A DNA stretch of 19,823 nt, taken from the NCBI GenBank assembly GCA_002189035.1, contig NEEC01000170.1, positions 1 to 19,823 on the forward strand, in the 5' to 3' direction. The translations under genes and the position numbers were made by a program. The notes under the pieces were generated by a model that made no database searches, was not told the DNA's origin, and saw nothing but the letters and a program-made list of their open reading frames with translations. Shown here in pieces: positions 1 through 8,821 of this stretch. The DNA comes from Utricularia gibba (Eukaryota > Plantae > Magnoliophyta). Position 1 is the stretch's first letter. Each line of letters opens with the position of its first letter.

Positions 1-100
1 CTCTTGTTTTCACTTGAGGAAGTTTTTGTATTACTGTTCGCGAGTTGCAAAAACTTTCTTTTCCAGTGCATCGGAATCGATTATTTGCTGCTTTCACCGG

Positions 101-1308
101 ATGGCCATGGCCAGGATTGTGCCGCTATCTATACCCAGAGCTCTTATGCGGCTACCGAGGGCTTTAATCGGCCACCGATCCTTCAAGACCCACCGCGCGC
201 AGCTCATCGAAGTGGACCTCGAATCCCCTGATTCTGTCGCCGAAGTGATCAATTTTGAAATTAATAGGCTTGAGGATGCGATCCAAGGGATAATCGTGCG
301 CCGTGCTGCGCCCACTTGGTTGCCCTTTCTCCCAGGTATTTCGTACTGGTGCCGCCGAGAACCTCCACCTCACGCAATCATCGCGCTGCGGGTTTGATTG
401 AAGTGATTGGTGAATTGGGTTCTTCGGGGCAGTTGAGGAATCTGGGTGTAACGGAGGAGTTGTCGGAGGAGCAGAAGATGTCGCTTACTTCCAGCAAGGG
501 ATGGCCTTCGTCGGTTTTTTTCATCGGAGGTTATTGATGATTTAATTGGGGCTGCTTGGCATCATTTTTTTCTTCTCTTCGGTTGGGCAAAGGGTTGTGT
601 AATTGCTTTTGGTTACTTGCTTTTCGATTTTTACGATGCATTCATTGATTCTTACCGATGATATTATCTTAACCGTTATCAGCCTTTAAGTATTATTCAT
701 TACATTAGCATCAAATGGTTCTTGCTGCTGGCTAATCATGTTTTTGTGTACTGAGACATTTTCAAGTTTGGACCTTTTAGCAGTATTCTGTTGCTTAAGC
801 ATACGTGAGTTAGTAATCAAAGTTGATTATGTTGCTTTGATTACACTTACGAGGAGGCCTGTAAAGCCCTCTCATTTGCTGTAACAAAGTGCCCTTAAAT
901 ATTAGAAACCTTGTATGAGATCTCGCCCTTGTTCTACAAGGCCTTCTTTCTTTTCCTACCATTGGCATGCTACAAGTACAAGTCACATTTGAAAGTACCC
1001 TTCTTGAGCATCTTCCATCACTCTAGACATGTTCTTATGTCATTGTTTCAATAACTATACATGGTATCATGTTTTTTTTTTTCAAGCGGGATGTTGGCTT
1101 GTCGAAGATCCTCTCGAATCTACGAATCTTGTCTGTCATTGTGTAATAACTTAGAGGGGTTGCTTGTGATTATCCTGCTATAACAAGGCATGATGTTTTA
1201 CCAACAGGTTCTCCACCCCTTCATCCTTCCATATCTGTGGAGATGGAGGTGAAGGTACAAGATAACGATGAACGCACAGATGGCTCATCGAACCCGGACA
1301 ACATGTAA
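101..1308 (+). CDS. Uncharacterised plant-specific protein (WLPFxPGxSYWVPP ... GWPSS family), 2 exons (101-529, 1208-1308), about 176 aa once an apparent -1 frameshift at about 348-350 is corrected
   Basis: ATG at 101 opens a basic N-terminus resembling an organellar transit peptide (MAMARIVPLSIPRALMRLPRALIGHRSFKTHRAQLIEVDLES), then RLEDAIQGIIVRRAAPTWLPFLPGISYW. The next frame continues VPPRTS...LIEVIGEL...LSEEQKMSLTSSKGWPSSVFFIG. Intron GT at 530 to AG at 1207 (phase 1). Exon 2 reads GSPPLHPSISVEMEVKVQDNDERTDGSSNPDNM-TAA(1306-1308). Exon total +1 nt = 531 = 177 codons. Family recognised from memory only; function unknown. Confidence 0.75.
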
Positions 1309-2243
1309 ACCTGAAGCTCTGTTTTGCCTCAAGGGTGAGTCCTCATCTAAGAAACACCCTTCCCTCACGATCTCCATCATGCATTGCTCCTCTCTGAAAC
1401 TGCTACTCTCTTGTGGTGAGGTCTCGAAGGCTTCTGCCCCTGTAGATATCGAAGTCGGGGCAATGAAGAAGCTCGAACCGGAGGCGATGACCAACCAGAG
1501 GAGGTGGAAGGCAAGACAAAGATGAAGCATTCCTGAAATCACCGTTGGTAACACAAGCTCCAGTGTTAGATGGAATATGTGCATTATTTGAAGTCATGCT
1601 GTTGTCTTCCTGTAGCCTTAGCTTAAAGTTAATTAAATAAAACGTCTTCAAATATTGAAAAATTAAACTCCAGAGTCCAAAAATCACAAATTGCCCCCTC
1701 GGGGTGTTTTTGAGTTTTCGAGATTCTTGAAGGGTTCCCGTGGATAATAAAATAAAATAAAAATAAAAAACGGAAGCCACGTTCAATGCAGCTGGATACC
1801 TTAAGCTCCACGTGCCGCTGCCAGCGAGTGAGATTCAAATTCTTCTCTTAAAAAAATAATTGAATAAAAAAAATAAAGAAGATAATATATTTTTTACATT
1901 TTTACATTAAAAAATACTTATCAACTAATAATGATCCAACTGTAGAATGTAACCCAATCGGATCTGCGCACGTGGGGGAATTGTTGCAATTAACTCGTGT
2001 TCCATTAGCCCGCCCGCCGCGTAGAACAACAACACGATGGATAAGATTTTAGTGGTCAGTATGAAATCTAAAATACCTTGATTTAAAAAAAATTATAATA
2101 AAAATAATTTTTTGAAAAAAAAAACAGATATAAACGCACACATGATCGAAATTAGAGTGAAAAAAAATAAAATAAATGCAATAATAGATTTAAAAAGGCA
2201 ATTAAAAATGGGAGCAACTGGGAAAGGGAGGGACGAAAATGGC

Positions 2244-2370
2244 GATGAAGAGGCTGACATGATAGGTGAAGAGCGAGGTGTAGCCAAGGACAACTTGCCG
2301 GGGGGCCGGCCGCCGCCGATGCCATGCCGGCAAATCATCCTTGGCTGCAATCCGCTCTCCTCCCCTTCAT
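2244..2370 (-). ncRNA. MIR169: MIR169 precursor stem-loop; mature miR169 at 2347->2327, miR169* at 2299->2279
   Basis: Reverse complement of 2327-2347 is CAGCCAAGGAUGAUUUGCCGG, one substitution from canonical CAGCCAAGGAUGACUUGCCGG. Reverse complement of 2279-2299 is GGCAAGUUGUCCUUGGCUACA, a typical miR169* sequence. They pair over positions 2-19 (three G:U) with 2-nt 3' overhangs. The lower stem continues through 2268-2278/2348-2360, with a further ATGAAG/CTTCAT pairing at 2244-2249/2365-2370. Confidence 0.93.
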
Positions 2371-3741
2371 GAAAGGCTCTCCGATCGACCGGAGCACTTG
2401 GAGGTCGATGCTGGGGGAGAAGAAGGGAATTGCCAGAAATGGAGGATGCGCCGGAGATTTTATTGTGTGCTTTTGGGAATTAAATATTATTTTACCCGGT
2501 CAACTTTCCAAAACCAGCACCCCGGCGCATCTTCTCTTACCATCGATTTGTTTTTTATATTTTTTTCGGAGTTCGTAAATCTTTTTCCCCGAAATAGTAT
2601 TTATTTAATTAATTTAAATATTTATTAGTAAATTATCATTCCGAAACTGATAATTAGATCTCAGCACGTTTCACACGGGTGATTAGAAATGTATTTTAAA
2701 ATTAATCATTTAATCGAAAAAAGAAAAAAAAAAAGAGAACAAAACAAACCTGCACCTCCAGCTGTGCTGCCCTTCCTCGGGTCCGCCATATCTTGAAGAT
2801 ACGCCTGAATGGACCCCGCCACCGACCTCAATTAATTCGATTTCTTTTTAAACATTTTTTTCATTATTCCGTCTTATGTAATTATATTAAAAAATTAATT
2901 TATGTGGATATAAATAAAAAAAGATGTAAATAAAGCATTTTTTATATAATATTTAATTAATATATTACTGGATTAAATAAAATAATGGAAGAGGATATAT
3001 TTTAATATATTCTGCTCAATAGAATTAAATAAATTCATTCATATCAATTTATTTAAATTTACTAGTGTAATATACTTTATAATACTAATATTTCATAATT
3101 TCATCAACTAAACACGTTTAATAACCAGTCCTAGATTACAACACCTGGCACATGTTTGGCAAATGAAAGAATATCGAATCATTTAAAAAAATAATCACTG
3201 TCATATTTTCTCTCACATACTTAATTAAAAAAATACATGTAGACTAGTTATTTTTTCATACAATATTTAATATATGGCTAAATTTATAATTCATACGAGA
3301 ATTCCCAATTAGAACGAGTGATTTAAAAATTGGATTACTTTTAATATATTTTTTAATCTTAATGTAGTTGAGAAAATATGAAAATCATCGAATTTATAAA
3401 TGATTGTAGAAATAAAATAAAAGTATTTTAAATTAAAAAAATCAAGATGTGGACTTCTCAAAAGGCTTTGTTTATATGAAAGGAAACAAGACATATTTTG
3501 GATTTTTTTTAATTATGAGATTTTAAACTTTATAAATACCTTCTATAAGCAATCACTTTATTTTTTTATTGTTCTATTTATTTTTTGTTACTATATTTTC
3601 AAGTGGGGCATTTTTCTTTGGATCCGAACCCGTTTAGGATCCGGTTGGACCATAAAGCACCCCACCGCACCGCACCGCATGCAACTGCTGCATGGAAGAC
3701 CCTAGAGCGTTGTATTAGCTGGACACTAGTGGCTTTCTTCA

Positions 3742-3774
3742 CACGCGCCACCCAAGTATTTCGCACGCGCCACC
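3742..3774 (+). promoter_or_regulatory. Tandem CGCG-box (CAMTA-type) elements in the XTH proximal promoter
   Basis: Exact 11-mer CACGCGCCACC at 3742-3752 and 3764-3774. ACGCGC fits the vCGCGb CAMTA consensus. The second copy ends 13 nt upstream of the TATA box. Confidence 0.5.
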
Positions 3775-3786
3775 GTCCCCTGCCTC

Positions 3787-3794
3787 TATAAATA
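3787..3794 (+). promoter_or_regulatory. TATA box of XTH
   Basis: CTATAAATA consensus (TATAAATA 3787-3794) about 105 nt upstream of the XTH ATG. Confidence 0.7.
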
Positions 3795-3898
3795 TCATCC
3801 ATCCGCTCAGTAGTCGAAAGCATCATTCAAATATATCCCGTCTTTCAGCTTCCACGACCGTATTGCAAGTCCGGTAGGCCGCTTCTTAGAGATAGAGG

Positions 3899-4905
3899 AT
3901 GATTCACCGATCAGTCTCTCCCCGACGTCTGTCTGTCTCCCTGCTTCTCATTTTGTGGGGCTTTTTCCCGGCAGCTTTCGCCTCCGATTTCCACCAAAAT
4001 TTCGAAATCACGTGGGGCGACGGCCGTGCGCAGATTCTCGACAGCGGAGACCTTCTAACGCTGTCGTTGGACCGAGCATCGGGATCAGGATTCCAGTCCA
4101 AGAACGAGTACTTGTATGGGAAGATTGACATGCAGATAAAACTTATACCCGGTAATTCTGCAGGCACAGTTGCCGCCTATTATGTAAGTGGAAGTTACAT
4201 TCTTGTCTTTTCAGATCCAAATTTTGCATCTTACTTTGCATCTTTGCATCTTTGCCGCTGCAGTTTTCGTCCTCGGGGCGAATCACGACGAGATCGACCT
4301 CGAATTCCTGGGGAATCAAAGCGGGCAGCCTTACACTCTGCATACGAATGTATTCACACAGGGCAAAGGCGAGAGGGAGCAGCAGTTTCATCTCTGGTTT
4401 GATCCTACCAGCGACTTCCACACCTACTCCATCGTATGGAATCCTCAGCTCACCATGTACGAAGATCAAAGTGTCTAAACTGTAAAAAAGTAAACTTTCT
4501 GTGATCAGATGTTAGAGCTGACAACTTATGTGAAGCAGATTCATGGTAGATGGGACTCCGATCAGGCAGTTCAAGAACTTGCAATCAAGAGGAGGGCAGT
4601 TTCCGTCGAACCAGCCAATGCGAATCTACTCGAGCCTGTGGAACGCCGACGACTGGGCGACGAGAGGCGGTCTCGTTAAGACAGATTGGAGCCAGGCGCC
4701 GTTCACAGCCTCCTTCAGGAACTTCAACGCCTTGTCATGCAGCAATTCCAATTCCTGCACACAGAACTCCTGGTTCTCACAATCCTTGGACAACTGGGGA
4801 CAGCAGAGGCTGAAATGGGTGCAGAGTAATTATATGATTTACAACTACTGCACTGATCCCAAACGCTCCCCACAGAACTCCCCTGCTGAATGCTACGATG
4901 CTTGA
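3899..4905 (+). CDS. XTH: Xyloglucan endotransglucosylase/hydrolase (GH16; group I/II, TCH4/XTH22-25-like), 3 exons (3899-4183, 4264-4456, 4539-4905), about 281 aa once a -1 frameshift at 4275-4278 is corrected
   Basis: Signal peptide ([17 protein letters not shown]), [43 protein letters not shown], catalytic [58 protein letters not shown]-terminal YNYCTDPKR...PAEC. Canonical GT-AG introns at 4184-4263 and 4457-4538. Confidence 0.95.
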
Positions 4906-5851
4906 TCAGCTGAGTTCGGGCCTTCTGCAGATTTTCCATCACAAATCTTCATGAAAATAGACAACTTGATGGCTTAATCTTGTACAAGAACAGGCCCTTA
5001 GTATCTCTAATGTATATATACAATGCAATTGGCAGGCATGATCCAAGGAAACCAAGACAACAAGCACTTTACCGAACACTTGGAAGTCTTATCAAAATCT
5101 TTCTTGTCCACATGGGTATGAGAGTAACATGATCACTGTACAGTAACATAAACTCATTGAATTCCAAAACAAAAGTCTAACCTTGCGCCATCTGAGACCA
5201 ACAGCAGATTTTCTAGTTTCAAGTAACGCAATTTGACTTTTCCCTAAACATTTCAGCCTTCAAATCGATATACACTGCACTATTTACCAGTCTGAAAAAA
5301 GAAATATGTACCTAATCGCAACCCGTTCTTGAATTTACCCAGAGATTTCACAAGATTTTCGAAGAGGCTTTGTCGCCGAGACAAACGTCTCCGACTTCTT
5401 CTTCTTCGATTCATCATCCGGGAAAAATTTCAGGTGATATTTTCACAGAAATTGATATTTTAAATTTCAATTTATATATTAAGTTATTTTTAAAAATTAA
5501 GAAATCTACACTTATAAATGTATTTTTTTTTTTTGAGCTTGTGTAGCTTTATTTATATTTCTATAGAAACTAATATTTTCTTACAAGCTACATTTGTTTT
5601 GAAAGATGAGCAAATTATCGTTTTAAAATATATGATTTTTTTGTATTTGATCAAATAATTTTTATAAAGAGTTATTTTTAAAAAATATTAATTTTGTATG
5701 GTTACTTTTACTTTTGCAATACATTAAATTCAATTACATATTTAAACCCAGAAATGGGATTGTAGTCTCTTTTACAGCATTGGAATTTGGACCCAAACTC
5801 TACAAAATACTCTTTTACTTGTGTAAATTGGACACACGTTGCTCAAACCTT

Positions 5852-6291
5852 TCAAACCCTAGTTTTTTGCAGGAGGCTCGGATTGAAGCCAAGAGAAGAA
5901 TGCTCTCGACACAGCAAGTTTTTCAATTTCCTCAGTCCCGCCACGTCCTCTATCGTCTTCGTGAACTCCTCCAGCTCCAGCTTACTGAACCTCTCCTCAT
6001 CAGCCTCCAGGAGCCGCATGATCGCCTCGAAAACATCCGGTTCGCACGGCAACACCAGCCCGCCGGCGCCGAGAACCCGTACTCCTCCTCCGCCATCTCC
6101 AGCAACTCCGCGAACACAGGGTAGTTGAGAAACCTCGTCGGAATCACGAAGCGGATGCGGTCCGGGCCGATGTAGATCGCCATCGAGCCCGACCGGACTC
6201 GGCAGCTCCCCTCCTCGGTGCGGCCAGCCAGGCTCCGGGTCTTCCACCGCTGAACCACCTGACGGAGGCGCACGATCTTGCTGATCATCAT
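5852..6291 (-). CDS. SAUR: Small auxin-up RNA (SAUR) family protein, intronless, about 146 aa once a -1 frameshift at about 6059-6064 is corrected
   Basis: MMISKIVRLRQVVQRWK...GSMAIYIGPDRIRFVIPTRFLNYPVFAELLEMAEEEYGF in one frame and GGLVLPCEPDVFEAIMRLLE...TRV-stop in the next. Together these form the SAUR core. 440 nt + 1 = 147 codons. Confidence 0.93.
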
Positions 6292-6356
6292 TCTCGCGCT
6301 GGGGGACCGCCGGAGAGTGGAGGAAGAGATGAACTGGCTTGATCAGGTGAAGAGAG

Positions 6357-6394
6357 TGTCGGGTGTATTTATAACGGGATCGCCGCCGTGTCTC
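6357..6394 (-). promoter_or_regulatory. SAUR core promoter: TATA box flanked by auxin-response elements
   Basis: Minus-strand TATAAATA at 6373->6366, about 75 nt upstream of the ATG. TGTCTC at 6389-6394 and TGTCGG at 6357-6362 (plus strand) are both established ARF-binding hexamers. Confidence 0.6.
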
Positions 6395-7635
6395 TGACTA
6401 CAATTTTTTTCAATGGCCCGCGTGTCTTTGACTATTGGCTTAAAAAAAGAAAGAAACACCTAGGGGTAAATAAGTAAATGACTTGTCCTCCTTGACTTCA
6501 GATTACCGTAAGAATCTCAAATTCAGATTTAGTCAGTAAAAATGTTTCCTTTTTATGTACAATTTATAATAAATTAAACTTATTTATATATACAATCTAA
6601 TTATATCCCGTGTTGAATCTAATTAAATTTCAATTTGTGGCCATATTTTCTTGAAACCCAAAGACTTTGATTTTGTCATCAAGTGACAAAAAGGCTTAAA
6701 AGCAACATTTATTGGTCTTTGGTGCGCATGGTTTATGGTTGATGTGAATATTTGATTATTTTCGAGTCTCCAACTTTGATCAGTGAAAATAATTAATAAT
6801 TTATTATAAGTTAAAAAAAATGTATCTCATTATTAAATAAGAATACCTCCCACTATCTAAACCATTCCTTATATCATGAAGATCAACGCAATAAGATCAA
6901 AATTTTATGATGTTATACCATACTAATCCATGCAATCAAAGTATGGTCATACTTTAATCACTCTAATTTCTTCAAAATAGCAATGCTAGAGGCATGATCA
7001 ATGTCAATTAAATTGAACCAATCGTCGATAAAAGGAACGATGCGATTGATGGACTCAACCCCAAGGTCGTTCCTATATGATTTTAACGACTTTCTCGACT
7101 TGTCGCACCAACTCTAACTCTAATATCTAATGGTTGTTGTTATATACAAATTTCATATGATATATGTGTTACTTTCACGTACTTAATATTACAATATGAA
7201 AGCTCGTATCAAATTTTCTATCTTAGCGAAATGATCTACTTCACCACAATTGTAATGATTCCATATGCATTCTTTCATAATATGTATAGATTTTTAATTG
7301 TGATAATTTAAATGTATACTATTAAAATTAGAATTATCACAATTTCTAGCATCATATTGACATAATTTGCATTGTACTCATAAATTGATAATAAATATAA
7401 TTTAACTATTCAATTTTAAATCCATTAAAATTCTGGGTTTTTTTTTTACTTTTTTATTTAATTTGACCAGCAAATACAATATTCAGATAAATGCATTAAT
7501 TATCCTAACCGCGGTTGGGTGAGTGGATAGTCCAAAAGGCACACTTCTCCTTTGCCTGATGAAATTATAATTGGTTTTGGAAGTTTCCGCTTACCAAAAT
7601 CAATTTACTGTTGACCGCGTTTAAGACACCAAATT

Positions 7636-7779
7636 ACGTGTCAAATTTCGCTGTAATGAAATGGATTAATGGCGCCACGTAGTCGTATTTTACTAGCCGT
7701 TAGAACGCGTCCAATCAGGGAAAACCACTGCGCCATTTGAATTGCGCTGTAGACCGTAGGATCCTCCCGTGTCCAATCA
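7636..7779. promoter_or_regulatory. Dense cis-element cluster (ABRE/G-box-like, MSA, CCAAT repeats), putative distal enhancer between the divergent SAUR and GALAK genes
   Basis: ACGTGTC 7636-7642; GCCACGT 7674-7680; AGCCGTTAGA 7695-7704 (reverse complement TCTAACGGCT, an MSA consensus); GTCCAATCA twice (7709-7717, 7771-7779); ATTTGAAT 7735-7742. The cluster is a GC-richer island in an AT-rich spacer. Motif match only. Confidence 0.4.
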
Positions 7780-8116
7780 CAACCGGACACCATCCAACAT
7801 CTCGCCCACAACGTAAATAATGGTGATTAGTTTAGCTTGTTCTAAACTGATTCCCCTAATTTGGTATCCATTCCGACATTCAATTCTAATCCCGACCCAA
7901 AATCTCAAATGATAAGTTTAAGGGTCGATTCGAAATAACGTAATCCGAAATCGTTTCCTGATTTGGTTCGATTCCATGTATTATAATGAATTTTAGGTGG
8001 AACTTGATTGTTAGTATGATTATTGTATGTTTTGATTATGATTTAATTGAAATTTAAAATATATTAACAATTATTTAATTTAAAAATTGAGAATTTAGAA
8101 AATCACAGAATTTAAT

Positions 8117-8623
8117 GGTAATTGAAAGTTGGGTCAAATTCTATATTAAGTAGAAGCCCAATAGCCTGTTTAGGTTAATACTGCCCGATAGCCTATTTTG
8201 TGGTTGGGGTTCTTGATAAGGCGCTGCTACGTCGCTTTTTCTTCCAATTCGCTGATTTTATTTGCATTTGCCTCTGATTTCGCGTTGCTTTGAAGGTGGG
8301 TGTTGAGAAATTTTATTGTGTTTCATGTTTCTTGCACCTGCCAAATCACATTGTACATCTTCGTGGTCACTGGTAGTAAGCCACACTGTTTCATAGAATG
8401 AGATCAAAGAAAAGGAAATAGAATGCAAAGTCACTTCAGTGAATGGGCTACATTTTTGCATCCAACTGTAATGTTTTTAATGGCTTATTTTTTCTCCAAA
8501 ATTTTTAGTCACTGGATTAAACATTCTTCGTTGATCTTGATCCAAGTTGTCTGAGGTCTTTATCGGCTTAGATGTATATGCATGTGAATTTTTGTTATGC
8601 TTGATATCAGAATGAAAGAGGAA
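8117..8623 (+). repeat. Rearranged partial duplicate of the SART1 5' region (promoter, 5'UTR exon, intron 2, first 13 nt of the next exon)
   Basis: Exact blocks: 8119-8144 = 12243-12268 (26 nt); 8153-8166 = 12292-12305; 8201-8213 = 12354-12366; 8274-8302 = 12419-12447 (29 nt); 8321-8339 = 13910-13928; 8404-8441 = 13992-14029 (38 nt); 8608-8623 = 14277-14292. The blocks are collinear, same strand, with about 1.45 kb of the original missing between the fourth and fifth. Confidence 0.92.
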
Positions 8624-8773
8624 GTATCACTTTTGAACTCAACAACCGCTTTGAAAGGGTCCAATGACAATGACACCTGAGCCACAAGTTTGGTGTTGAT
8701 TCATGTTCACTTTTTTTGTTGACTACATTTGATGAAGACACACACAAAACCCCACCTGATTACCAATAGAATC

Positions 8774-8783
8774 TATATAAATA
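8774..8783 (+). promoter_or_regulatory. Candidate proximal TATA box of GALAK
   Basis: TATATAAATA about 40 nt upstream of the GALAK ATG (8822), implying a very short 5'UTR if used. Confidence 0.5.
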
Positions 8784-8821
8784 TGCGATTCATTGGCTAG
8801 GCTTTTGTTTCAACCGGCTCA

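Noticed and set aside
2093-2628. Four overlapping 84-95 aa ORFs on both strands
   Set aside because: No recognisable protein motifs. They are explained by the GC-rich MIR169 hairpin and its flanks.
3619-3648. GGATCCG direct repeat upstream of XTH
   Set aside because: Too short, with no terminal inverted repeats or target-site duplication to call a MITE.
5714-6128. Plus-strand 136-aa and 113-aa ORFs
   Set aside because: Antisense shadows of the GC-rich SAUR coding sequence.
6850-7110. Minus-strand interrupted frame (KSYRNDL...LIAWISMV*HH...LR) faintly reminiscent of a plant mobile domain or transposon remnant
   Set aside because: Several stops and only scattered residue matches. Not supportable without a profile search (tblastx or HMM against Repbase/Pfam PMD).
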